The position numbers and the translations under genes were made by a program. From NCBI GenBank assembly GCA_008080745.1, contig SHMX01000003.1, positions 420,001-452,000 of the forward strand: a stretch of DNA of 32,000 bases, given 5' to 3'. Each line of letters begins with the position of its first letter. The stretch's first letter is position 1. Below are positions 17,968 through 27,305 of the stretch, piece after piece. The notes beneath the pieces were generated by a model. That model saw only the letters and a list, made by a program, of their open reading frames with translations. It had not been told where the DNA came from and made no database searches. This DNA is from Candidatus Thorarchaeota archaeon (GTDB lineage: Archaea > Asgardarchaeota > Thorarchaeia > Thorarchaeales > Thorarchaeaceae).

Positions 17968-19200
17968 GTGGCAAGAATTACAAAAGCATCTTATGCAGTT
18001 CTTGTAGCATGTACTGCTGCTCATCTCTTGAATCACATGTATACAGGTGCACTATCACCATTTCTACCTCTGATCCGTGATGAGCTGACTCTCAACTATA
18101 CAGAAGTGGGTATTGTAACTAGTGCTGCAATCATCACTATGACCATATCACACCTTCTCGTGGGATTTTTGGGAGATAGAGGATGGAGAGATATTTTCAT
18201 TCCATCAAGTGTAATTCTAGCATCCCTAGTCATACTATTAACCAGCTTTGCTAACACATTCATCTTCATCACAGTATGTATGCTGTTGTTAGGGGTTGGA
18301 GCTTCGGGATATCATCCTAGTGCGTTTCCAGCATTGTCGGAAAAATTTCCCTGTGGGGCTAGAGCAAAGGCTACTGGTACCCAGGCCATAGGCGGGCTAT
18401 TGGGAATGGCAATCATTCCAATTCTTGGAGCGGCTCTATTGGTAGTATTTGGTGATTGGAGAGAATCATTATTTTTACTTGGTTTGATAGGTGTGGTATC
18501 CTTCTTTCCAATTGCAGGGCTTATGAGATACTCCAGTCAAGCTTGTACTGCAGAATTTGATGAGGAGGCGGAAGAAGACACTCGTCCAGAGGGATGGACG
18601 AGAGACTATGGTCTATCGATAGTTTCCATGGGTCTCCGGGGGATGCCTTTCAGATGCACCACATTGCTCATGCCATTATATTTGGTTGAATCATACTCAT
18701 ATGAGCCAGTCTGGGCAGGTTCACTCACAACTATCATGCTTGTTGCAGGATTAGCAGGAGAAACCGTTTCAGCTCCATTATCCGATCGGGTTGGACGTCG
18801 TGTTCCATTTCTTATCCTTTCAGCAGGAGTAACTACCCTTTGTCTTGGTTTTCTCTACTTTCGACTTGAACCAATTATGCTTCTTATCGTATTGATGGGA
18901 ATTGGTTTCTTCTTCTTCCTTGGAGTTCCACCAAATACAGCATATCTCACAGAGGTTACTCCTCGAAATGCACAGGGACTTGCCTTCGGTTTCTTATTCT
19001 CAGTTGGAGCTCTTCCCGGTGCAATAGCACCAATTATTTTTGGAGCTATTGGAGATCTATATGGAATAGATGCATCAATTCTGTTTTTGGTCCTGACCGC
19101 TGCACTTGCAACAATTGTTTCTCTATTTCTTAGAGATACGAAGACAGTGAAAAGAAGTGAAACTTTGGTTTGCACAGAAAGAACCACGACACCCATCTGA
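17968..19200 (+). CDS. MFS transporter
   Basis: About 12 TMs; motif-A-like GFLGDRGWR and PLSDRVGRR; GTG start. Confidence 0.92.
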   Translation: MARITKASYAVLVACTAAHLLNHMYTGALSPFLPLIRDELTLNYTEVGIVTSAAIITMTISHLLVGFLGDRGWRDIFIPSSVILASLVILLTSFANTFIFITVCMLLLGVGASGYHPSAFPALSEKFPCGARAKATGTQAIGGLLGMAIIPILGAALLVVFGDWRESLFLLGLIGVVSFFPIAGLMRYSSQACTAEFDEEAEEDTRPEGWTRDYGLSIVSMGLRGMPFRCTTLLMPLYLVESYSYEPVWAGSLTTIMLVAGLAGETVSAPLSDRVGRRVPFLILSAGVTTLCLGFLYFRLEPIMLLIVLMGIGFFFFLGVPPNTAYLTEVTPRNAQGLAFGFLFSVGALPGAIAPIIFGAIGDLYGIDASILFLVLTAALATIVSLFLRDTKTVKRSETLVCTERTTTPI

Positions 19201-19341
19201 AATTTTTTCATTTTTTAAAAAAAATTTTCTTTCATTTTTTGAATACAACTGAAGTTTCTTTTTATTCAAATTTGTTTCTAGAATACAAACGCGCAAAAAA
19301 CTTTTTGAAAAGTTCTGCGTCAACAACGGAGATGTTGGGAA

Positions 19342-19551
19342 ATGGCAGAAAAACCCAAGCTAACAAAATCTGAAAAACTCAAAGAAATGCACAAGGAGTT
19401 CAAGACTGGTATTGGCGCATTGGCCAAGGCCAAATTGATCACCAAGGAAGAGAAAGCGGCTAAGATAGCTGAATACGATCAAGCTTTCAAAGATTTGATT
19501 AAAGAAGAAAAGGCAAAAGAAAAAGCCAAGGCGAAAAAAGCCAAGAAATAA
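19342..19551 (+). CDS. Small Lys/Ala/Glu-rich basic helical protein
   Basis: 69 aa. GGAG SD upstream, its own terminator downstream, KAKEKAKAKKAKK tail. Confidence 0.7.
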   Translation: MAEKPKLTKSEKLKEMHKEFKTGIGALAKAKLITKEEKAAKIAEYDQAFKDLIKEEKAKEKAKAKKAKK

Positions 19552-19561
19552 TAAAACAACG

Positions 19562-19599
19562 AGTAGTAGTAGACTCTACTACTACTTCCTTTTCTTTTT
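19562..19599 (+). terminator. Hairpin plus T-tract terminator
   Basis: AGTAGTAGTAG (19562-19572), ACT loop, CTACTACTACT (19576-19586), then TCCTTTTCTTTTT; 10 nt after the stop at 19551. Confidence 0.65.
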
Positions 19600-19655
19600 G
19601 GTACGATAGTTCACGAATAGATAAAACCATATTATAACTCCATTTTCAAGAATTA

Positions 19656-20516
19656 ATGATTGACTATCACATCCATCCAGACTACTCCTCAGACGCGAGA
19701 GGGACTATCGATGATTTTTGTCTTGCTGCGTTGGAGAAGGGTCTGAAAGAAATCTGTTTTACAACACATCTTGATAGTGATATTAGACGGGATGATGCAT
19801 TTGTTATGGTGGATGGAGAGAAAACCGATGTCAGGTCAGATGATTGGTTAGTTCATTATGAATCTGCAGTGCGAGCAGCAGATGAAAAATACAGTAAACA
19901 AGGGTTACGTGTGAGACTTGGAGTGGAAGTAGACTACTATCCGAATGTTGAAGAAAATCTACCGGAACAGTTTTTCAAAACAGATTTTGATGTGATTTTG
20001 GGTTCTGTGCATTTGTTTGAAGAATATGCTATATCGGTTGAAAAAGAGTCACTCGAAGTATTTCAAAAATATAGTATGGAAGAGCTAGGGGAGAGATATT
20101 ACAATTTTCTAATCGATTGTGTTGATACAGGTCGCTTCGATATTCTGGCCCATATAGATCTGTATAGAAGATATGGGCAGCAATATTATGGAGAAGAAAT
20201 CTTAGACCTTTGGAAACCGCATATTGATAGACTCTCAGATACGATGAAATCTAAGAATGTGGCTTTTGAGGTTAATACATCTTCATGGCGAAAGGGACTA
20301 GCTGATCCCATGCCAAACTGCAAGCTCATCCGTGCACTTGTTGAAAGAGGAATCAAAACCATTACTATCGGTTCTGATGCACATTGGCCAGCAATGATTG
20401 GGACAGGAATTCGAAGAGTATACGAGTACCTACAAAATTGTGGAATTGAAAGTATTTCTCTCTTTGAGAAACGAAGACCTAGACCAGTTCCGATTAGACC
20501 ACTAACTACCCAATAA
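19656..20516 (+). CDS. PHP-family histidinol-phosphate phosphatase (HisJ-like)
   Basis: DYHIH, FTTH, GVEVDY, GSVH, AHID, FEVNTS and GSDAH metal-binding motifs. Actual substrate not certain. Confidence 0.85.
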   Translation: MIDYHIHPDYSSDARGTIDDFCLAALEKGLKEICFTTHLDSDIRRDDAFVMVDGEKTDVRSDDWLVHYESAVRAADEKYSKQGLRVRLGVEVDYYPNVEENLPEQFFKTDFDVILGSVHLFEEYAISVEKESLEVFQKYSMEELGERYYNFLIDCVDTGRFDILAHIDLYRRYGQQYYGEEILDLWKPHIDRLSDTMKSKNVAFEVNTSSWRKGLADPMPNCKLIRALVERGIKTITIGSDAHWPAMIGTGIRRVYEYLQNCGIESISLFEKRRPRPVPIRPLTTQ

Positions 20517-20558
20517 GAGAAATAAGGTAGTTAGTGTCATATCTGAGCAGGTGGATAT

Positions 20559-20984
20559 ATGAATAACAAAAAATCATTCATACTCTGCATTGTAGCTGGT
20601 GCATTACTCCTACTTGCTAATGCAGTGGGTAGCCTGGGTATCTTCGCACTTCTTGGTCAAGTGTCAACAATTCCTGAATTAGAACCAATCGTACCAATTA
20701 TCACAATGATTCTATGGGTGCTGAATATTATCGCAAACCTCGGTGGTATTGGTGTCATTATTGGAGGATACCTATTAACCACTGCAAAAGTTGGGACTGG
20801 AAAATTCATCATCGGCATAGCAGCTGGAATGGGATTGATTGGAATGATAATTGGTATCATTCAAATTATCTATGTGTCGGGCTTTGGTGCCGCTCTGGAT
20901 TTCTTCGGTGCAGTTTTATATTCAGTTGGTGGATTTGGGGCAATTCTTTCGATAGTAGCTCGCCGAATGGCATCTACAGAATAG
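20559..20984 (+). CDS. Gly-rich 4-TM membrane protein, hypothetical
   Basis: Four hydrophobic segments with GxxxG motifs; AGGTGG SD. Confidence 0.75.
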   Translation: MNNKKSFILCIVAGALLLLANAVGSLGIFALLGQVSTIPELEPIVPIITMILWVLNIIANLGGIGVIIGGYLLTTAKVGTGKFIIGIAAGMGLIGMIIGIIQIIYVSGFGAALDFFGAVLYSVGGFGAILSIVARRMASTE

Positions 20985-21035
20985 TCAGTTCAAAATGCTT
21001 ATTGGAGTCATTTCATGTGACTCCATGAGATTATT

Positions 21036-21671
21036 ATGAGCAAAGAGAAAGAATCACGATTAGCTCATGCAATTGAACTTATCAATGGAAATTCTATTGA
21101 TCAGGCAATAATCGAGTTGCAGAAATTAGTTAAAGATTATCCGGAATTTCTTGAGGGCTGGTATAATCTTGGATATTCATTATCAGTAGTGAATAGAAAT
21201 GAAGCAGCTCTGAAAGCATACGAAGAAGCTCTTTCCATCGACAACCAAATATTCGAGATTTGGTTTAACAAAGGAACATTACATTATGAGATTCGGGAGT
21301 TCAAAAAAGCAATCGAATGTCTAGAGAAAGCAGTTGAGATCAAGGATGACGATGCAGAGGCATGGAATAATCTAGGTACTGCATATTCACGGCTGGGAAA
21401 TGGTGAGAAAGCTATTGAAGCATATACGAGAGCTGTTGCGCTAAGACCGGATTATGCTGAGGCACTCTATAACAAAGCTAATGCACACTTTATTGAGGGG
21501 CACCATGAACGGGCAGTGGCTTTTGCTGAACTTGCCATGCAACTGAAACCATCGCTCACATCTAAGATTAAGGAGTGGTTACACATATCAAGAGAGCACC
21601 TTGCCGCAGTTGAAGCAGAGAGTGAATTTGAGAAGAAAGCATCAAAGCTCAAAGATGCTATTGAAGAATAA
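21036..21671 (+). CDS. TPR-repeat protein (4-5 repeats)
   Basis: WYNLG, WFNKG, WNNLG and LYNKA repeats at 34-aa spacing. Confidence 0.93.
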   Translation: MSKEKESRLAHAIELINGNSIDQAIIELQKLVKDYPEFLEGWYNLGYSLSVVNRNEAALKAYEEALSIDNQIFEIWFNKGTLHYEIREFKKAIECLEKAVEIKDDDAEAWNNLGTAYSRLGNGEKAIEAYTRAVALRPDYAEALYNKANAHFIEGHHERAVAFAELAMQLKPSLTSKIKEWLHISREHLAAVEAESEFEKKASKLKDAIEE

Positions 21672-21720
21672 AATCACGCGATTCAGCAAACCTAAAAGAG
21701 AAAGATGCACAGAAAAATAA

Positions 21721-22263
21721 GTGGTCACAATGGAAGAGGACTATACTCCCCGTAAAACGGGATCTCGAGTGAAACTTTCAATTATATCCGCTGTGTTAGT
21801 ATTGCTATCTGGTGTAGCTTTAGCATGGTTATCGGGACGAGGCTTCATTTTTGGAGACCCCGGACTGTACATAGGTTTCTCTATCACTGTTTCTTCAGGA
21901 ATCATTTGTTGTATAGCTCTCTGTCAACAGCGACAATATGCTGGCAATATTACAGATTATCATGAAATGGAAATCATCTTTGAACATGCTATGATGTTAT
22001 ACGAAGAGGAGGAGTATGAAAAAGCTCTCAAAAAATTCGATGTCTTGATTGGTCCAAAGAAAGATCACAAACGTGCCCTCTTCTATGCAGCTAAATGTTC
22101 AGAGGCTCTCGATGATTGGCTAGCAGTAAAACGATTCATCAAACACTATCTTGAACTCGTCCCGAAAGATCGCGAAGCATGGGAGCTTTTATCTCGTGCT
22201 CATAAGAAGCTGTTTGAATTTGAAAAGGCAGCTGAGGCAGAAGAGAAAGCCAAGGAACTCTAG
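21721..22263 (+). CDS. Two-TM membrane protein with C-terminal TPRs
   Basis: Two N-terminal TMs, then ALFYAAKC...PKDREAWELLSRAH TPR-like helices. Possible ATG start at 21730. Confidence 0.75.
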   Translation: MVTMEEDYTPRKTGSRVKLSIISAVLVLLSGVALAWLSGRGFIFGDPGLYIGFSITVSSGIICCIALCQQRQYAGNITDYHEMEIIFEHAMMLYEEEEYEKALKKFDVLIGPKKDHKRALFYAAKCSEALDDWLAVKRFIKHYLELVPKDREAWELLSRAHKKLFEFEKAAEAEEKAKEL

Positions 22264-22584
22264 AAGAATTGAGCGTATGTTGCTAACCTTCATCAATAAG
22301 GTGCTAAAAAGTTAGAATTGTTAAAGAGATAATTCATCAAACATTCCCAGAAGTCATGTCTTAATCTGAATAAAAACACATGATGGAACATTCGATACTT
22401 AGAAAAGCAACGAAACTATCAGAAAATAATCAAATTAGGTATCAACAGGGGTTCACAACAGTAAGGTTGGGTAAATCCTCAAAGACCTGGATTTTGTTAT
22501 ACTTGGTAAAGCATAAGAGGTAGTGAATCTGACGAGTAATAACGAGGAGGCAGTAAACTGACTTCTGAGGACCATTGGTGTAAA

Positions 22585-24855
22585 TTGGATATATCAGAGG
22601 ATGCAATTAGAATATCCACGAGACTAGTGGGTATAATATACAACATTCGATTAGGCACCTTTGACTACTCATCCCCTGCTGGAAAGACTAAATATTTCTC
22701 AAAAGCTAAGATAATGGTCCACACTGAAACAGAAGTATATGACTCGTCAAAACTCACCTATCGGTCATTTAGCTCCCTAGATTTTGAAGATGAGAAACGT
22801 TCAGGTAGAGCTGTTGTACTTCGACTACATGATCCAACTAAACCCTTAGAGCTGAACATCAGGTTTAGTTTTCTTAAGAATTTCTCTGGATTTACAGTGA
22901 TAGCACAAATTAGGAACAAGGGTGAAGAAGAGATAAGAATTCAATCGATTGAGCCACTATTCGTATCTGTGAGGGAATCCTCCCAAATTTACACAGGATC
23001 AAATGGTTCAGAACTAATGTTTTTACGTCAGGGTTTTCAATCTTGGGACTTGACTCAAGCATCTCAAGTGGAAGAGGGAGAGAATATCAGTCATTTTTAT
23101 TCGGTTCTGACAAACAAGAATACAAACAAAGCGTTGATTTTAGGATTTGCGACTCATGCTCAACACCTGACCGAAGTTCGTTTTTATGGTAGGGAATCCA
23201 TTGAAAATCGCCTAGCACAGATTATTGCTACAAGTTTGGCAGATAATGTTGTATTACAGAAACACGAAACTATGGTCTCCGAGGAGTTGGTTTGCATTGC
23301 TACTGAGATACCCCAGGAGGGATTAGACGAATATATCAACCTTACAGCCAGAAGAATGGATGCAATAAAGTGGAAAGAAACACCTGTTGGATGGTGTAGT
23401 TGGTATTTCTACTATACCATGCCCGATGAAAATGAGATAATGAATAATGCCCAGTTCCTGAAAGAATATTTTGCCAAGAAGATAGACTGGATTCAGTTAG
23501 ATGATGGCTATCAGAAAACTGTTGGAGACTGGACGGAAAATGACCGCTTTAAGCAGGGACTAGATAAATTAGCGGGCCGGATTCATCAAAAGGGATACAA
23601 AGCAGGGCTATGGGTCGCACCGTTTATTGCAACACAACATTCAACGATTTTCAAAGAGAATCCAGACTGGTTTCTTCGAGATTCTGATGATAATCCCATA
23701 CCCGTAGATGAAAATCCTCTATGGTTAGGAAAATACTACGCTTTCGATCTCTCAAATCCAACAGTCATAAAGCATATCCAAGAAACATTTTCACGTCTGA
23801 AATCCTATGGGTTCGAGTACTGGAAAATTGATTTCCTTTACTATGCAACAAAGAGAGGAAAACAATACGATCCAAACATGACAAGAGCTAAGGCTTTTCG
23901 AGATGGAATGAAAGCTATTCGCGACAGTGTTGGTGATGACTTGATTCTGGGATGTGGAGCCCCCATAGGCCCCTGTATAGGATTCACCAATATGATGCGT
24001 ATTGGGACAGACATAGCTCCTACATGGAGATATGATTGGGGAGGTGGTGTCTACGAAGCATCAATCAACACCATAACAAGAGCTCATCAACATAACAAGT
24101 TCTGGATAAATGATCCCGACTGTATTCTGGTACGTCAGGAAGATAACGAACTTAGTCTCGATGAGGTTTTGATGTGGGTCTCAGTGGTTGCACTGAGTGG
24201 AGGAGCAGTAATACTTAGTGATCGAATGGAAGACGTTGCACCAGAGAGACTTACACTGATTGACAAGATATTACCACCCTACCACATGAGTGCACTTGCT
24301 TTGGATGCATTAGTTGAACCCGAACCAAGAGTATTCTATCTTCCAATCACAACCCCTATTGGAGACTGGGTGATACTGGCAGTTCTTAACCTCAGTGAAA
24401 AAGAGATTGACGTTTCTGTAAAGTTCGATGATATTGGATTGTCAGAAGAAAATCCGCAACATATCTTTGATTTCTGGAATAAAGAATATGAAGGTCTCTG
24501 GGAGATTAGTGTGGAGGTGGACAAACTCCCCCCACACTCGCACAAGTTATTGTTGATTAAACCAGAATCCAACATCCCATCGATACTAAGTACATCAATG
24601 CATTATACTCAGGGTGCTATAGAGCTGAAAGATATGAGATGGAATCCAGCATCAAGAGAGTTAGAAGTGACTGTAACCAGAGATGAGAAGGATAAGGAGA
24701 GTATCTTCATTGTTTTTGGAAAGAAGTGGAGTCCAAAATCAGCTTATATCGGAAAGGAGCGAGTAAGATTCAATCAGATTGCTCCAGAGGTAATATCCGT
24801 TGAGGGAAAGTTCAAACGAGGTACCACAGTTAAGGTCGCTTTCACAGAAAATTAG
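22585..24855 (+). CDS. Alpha-galactosidase, glycoside hydrolase family 36
   Basis: GWCSWY, IQLDDGYQ, GLWVAPF, YWKIDF (nucleophile Asp), RIGTD (acid/base Asp), WINDPDC. TTG start with a GGTG SD; an in-frame TAA at 22540 precludes a much longer N-terminus. Confidence 0.9.
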   Translation: MDISEDAIRISTRLVGIIYNIRLGTFDYSSPAGKTKYFSKAKIMVHTETEVYDSSKLTYRSFSSLDFEDEKRSGRAVVLRLHDPTKPLELNIRFSFLKNFSGFTVIAQIRNKGEEEIRIQSIEPLFVSVRESSQIYTGSNGSELMFLRQGFQSWDLTQASQVEEGENISHFYSVLTNKNTNKALILGFATHAQHLTEVRFYGRESIENRLAQIIATSLADNVVLQKHETMVSEELVCIATEIPQEGLDEYINLTARRMDAIKWKETPVGWCSWYFYYTMPDENEIMNNAQFLKEYFAKKIDWIQLDDGYQKTVGDWTENDRFKQGLDKLAGRIHQKGYKAGLWVAPFIATQHSTIFKENPDWFLRDSDDNPIPVDENPLWLGKYYAFDLSNPTVIKHIQETFSRLKSYGFEYWKIDFLYYATKRGKQYDPNMTRAKAFRDGMKAIRDSVGDDLILGCGAPIGPCIGFTNMMRIGTDIAPTWRYDWGGGVYEASINTITRAHQHNKFWINDPDCILVRQEDNELSLDEVLMWVSVVALSGGAVILSDRMEDVAPERLTLIDKILPPYHMSALALDALVEPEPRVFYLPITTPIGDWVILAVLNLSEKEIDVSVKFDDIGLSEENPQHIFDFWNKEYEGLWEISVEVDKLPPHSHKLLLIKPESNIPSILSTSMHYTQGAIELKDMRWNPASRELEVTVTRDEKDKESIFIVFGKKWSPKSAYIGKERVRFNQIAPEVISVEGKFKRGTTVKVAFTEN

Positions 24856-25754
24856 GCAATACTATTTCGCAGATAACCAATCTTTTCGATGTAGAGTTCC
24901 ACCTCATCTCCTGGCTTGAGAAACTCGGGGGGGTCTCTTGCAAAACCAACACCAGCAGGGGTCCCTGTAGCAATTACATCACCAGGTTCCAGTGTGAAAG
25001 ATTTGGAAAGAAAGGAAACAATCTCCTTTGTCCCATAGAGAAGATTCGAGGTATTTGATTCTTGTTTTAACACTCCGTTGACCTTAGTATGCATCTTGAG
25101 ACCTGAACCATCTCCCAGTTCATCTGTGGTAACAATACGAGGACCCATTGGACATAGACCATCCAATGATTTCCCTCTCACCCATTGCCCCTCGGTATGT
25201 TGGAGGTCTCTAGCGCTGAGATCATTTAGGATAGTATATCCAGCTACATATTCTAACGCGTCTGATTCTTCTACATTCTTACATAATCTCCCAATTATGA
25301 CTCCAAGTTCAACTTCCCAATCCAGCTGGTTTGTCACCTCCGGGATATTCACCACTGTGTTAGGTCCCATCACACAGGATGGGAACTTTGCAAAGATTAC
25401 TGGAAAATCTGGCACATCCCGTCCGGTCTCTTCAATATGGTCTCGATAGTTCAACCCCAATGCTATAATTTTCCCAGGCCGTTTTATTGGAGCTTCATAG
25501 GATATACTAGATTTCTTATACAACATGGGCTTTTCATCGCTGGAAGTTTTGTGATAACTTGCTAGAATCTGGCTTACCACTTCAACACCAGAATCCCACC
25601 ATAATAGATCCATGATAGTGTGAGGGAAACTGTGACCATGGATATGATACTGTCTACCAAATCGAGATGCCGCTTCAGGAATATCTAGGATTCCTTCATC
25701 TAATTCAACACCAATAGAGGGTACTCCTAATCGAGAATATGTAACAAGGCGCAT
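24852..25754 (-). CDS. Fumarylacetoacetate hydrolase (FAH) superfamily protein
   Basis: KIIALGLNYRDH, IFAK, DWEVELGVII, NDLSARDLQ, GKSLD, LEPGDVIATGTPAGVG motifs. Its stop codon overlaps the convergent GH36 stop. Confidence 0.95.
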   Translation of the reverse strand: MRLVTYSRLGVPSIGVELDEGILDIPEAASRFGRQYHIHGHSFPHTIMDLLWWDSGVEVVSQILASYHKTSSDEKPMLYKKSSISYEAPIKRPGKIIALGLNYRDHIEETGRDVPDFPVIFAKFPSCVMGPNTVVNIPEVTNQLDWEVELGVIIGRLCKNVEESDALEYVAGYTILNDLSARDLQHTEGQWVRGKSLDGLCPMGPRIVTTDELGDGSGLKMHTKVNGVLKQESNTSNLLYGTKEIVSFLSKSFTLEPGDVIATGTPAGVGFARDPPEFLKPGDEVELYIEKIGYLRNSIA

Positions 25755-25817
25755 ACTAGATGGATACCAAACAGTTCATTTATCCCTAATGGTTATGAAA
25801 TCCATAGGGTGAATTGA

Positions 25818-26147
25818 TTGTCTGAAGAACCAACCTTGGATGAATTACCCGAAGAAGTCTTCGTTGCTCTTGGAAGGAGAGGGATGGAAGGCATCCCACT
25901 GAAGGAATGTGCATATGAGTGTAAAGATGGAGAGATTGAACTTGTTAAAAAGACGAGTACCCTTGCTGAGATAAAGGGAAAGGGGGAGGAAAAAATCATT
26001 GAGGATTATCTCGTTAAATGCAGCAATTGTAATCGAGAATTCACCATCCACTGTGAAAGCAGATACTTTGATGGGGAACGATTCGATACTAAGGTGAACA
26101 TAATAGACCAGACAGGTAAAGATCTAGGCTGGCTTGGAAGCTATTAG
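25818..26147 (+). CDS. Small putative zinc-ribbon protein
   Basis: C31-x3-C35 and C68-x2-C71; GGGTGA SD before the TTG; first gene of the leuBCD-like operon. Confidence 0.7.
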   Translation: MSEEPTLDELPEEVFVALGRRGMEGIPLKECAYECKDGEIELVKKTSTLAEIKGKGEEKIIEDYLVKCSNCNREFTIHCESRYFDGERFDTKVNIIDQTGKDLGWLGSY

Positions 26148-26157
26148 GTGACAAAAA

Positions 26158-27300
26158 GTGGCACGTGAGTACAAAATTGCAGTATTGCCAGGTGATGGTA
26201 TTGGTAGAGAAGTGATTCCAGCAGCGGTAAAAACTATCTCAGCAGCTTTAGATATCGTTGGAGGGCCAGACATTTCGTTTCATTCTCACGAGTGTGGAGG
26301 AGAGTATTATCTCAAACATGGTAGAGAATGGGCCGAAGATACAGAATCTTTCGTGAAGGAAGAAGCTGACGCAATATTTCTTGGAGCAATTGGTGCGATG
26401 GACAAAGATGGGAAATCAGTTCGACTACCTGATGGAAACCTAGCTGGCTATAATGTTGTTATTGGTCTGCGTTCCACCTTGGATCTCTATGCAAATGTTC
26501 GCCCAGTAAAGCTTTACGAGGGTGTACCAACACCTCTTGCCAATAAGACTCATGCTGACATCGATATGACCATAATTAGAGAGAATACCGAAGGACTCTA
26601 TGCTCCAATAAGAGGGGGTATTGAAAGAGGTGGAGAAAAAGAATTAGCTGTGGATGTACGAATGATTACCAGAAAGGGTACAGAACGGATTGTAAGATAC
26701 GCTTTTGATACTGCAAAAGACAGGAGGGGAGCTCCCGAGAATGGAATCAAACGTGTAACTTGTGTGGATAAGAGCAACCTTCTAGCGGGATGTCAACTAT
26801 TTAGACAGATTTTTCGAGAGGTTGCATCAGAGTATCCTTCGATCAACCAGGATTTTGCGTATGTAGATGCATGGACTCAATGGTGTCTGAGAAAACCTGA
26901 ATATTACGATGTAGTTGTTGCACCAAACGAGTTTGGGGATATTATAACGGATCTTGGTGGGGCAATACAGGGTGGCATGGGTATGGCACCAGCAGGTAAT
27001 ATCGGAGAACTAAAAGCGGTCTTTGAACCAGTACATGGTTCCGCACCTAAACATTATGGAAAGAATATCGCTAATCCAGTTGCTTCCATTCTTGCAGGTA
27101 TGTTGATGTTCAGGTGGATAGGGAAGACCAAATCAGATGAAAAGGCATTACAAGTTTCAAAACTAATGGAAGAGGCGGTAGAGTCGGTTCTCAAAGAAGG
27201 AAAAATCAGAACATATGATTTGTGTGTTAATCAATGGGACTCGATATCACCAGTATCCACCGATAGAATGGCCGAGGCCATCATAGAGAAGATGGAGTAA
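26158..27300 (+). CDS. Isopropylmalate/homoisocitrate/isocitrate-family beta-decarboxylating dehydrogenase (LeuB/AksF-like)
   Basis: [50 protein letters not shown] motifs. Substrate ambiguous, so no symbol is given. Confidence 0.92.
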   Translation: MAREYKIAVLPGDGIGREVIPAAVKTISAALDIVGGPDISFHSHECGGEYYLKHGREWAEDTESFVKEEADAIFLGAIGAMDKDGKSVRLPDGNLAGYNVVIGLRSTLDLYANVRPVKLYEGVPTPLANKTHADIDMTIIRENTEGLYAPIRGGIERGGEKELAVDVRMITRKGTERIVRYAFDTAKDRRGAPENGIKRVTCVDKSNLLAGCQLFRQIFREVASEYPSINQDFAYVDAWTQWCLRKPEYYDVVVAPNEFGDIITDLGGAIQGGMGMAPAGNIGELKAVFEPVHGSAPKHYGKNIANPVASILAGMLMFRWIGKTKSDEKALQVSKLMEEAVESVLKEGKIRTYDLCVNQWDSISPVSTDRMAEAIIEKME

Positions 27301-27305
27301 CGATT

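Noticed and set aside
19200-19341. Possible replication origin (AT-rich, repeats)
   Set aside because: No ORB-like G-string boxes and no cdc6/orc1 or WhiP gene nearby.
19562-19586. AGT/ACT triplet repeats as a microsatellite, MITE or CRISPR remnant
   Set aside because: Single 25-bp palindrome without spacers, target duplication or further copies; better explained as a terminator.
22380-22523. 47-codon ORF MMEHSILRK... in the gap before GH36
   Set aside because: No SD and no motif; the length is compatible with chance.
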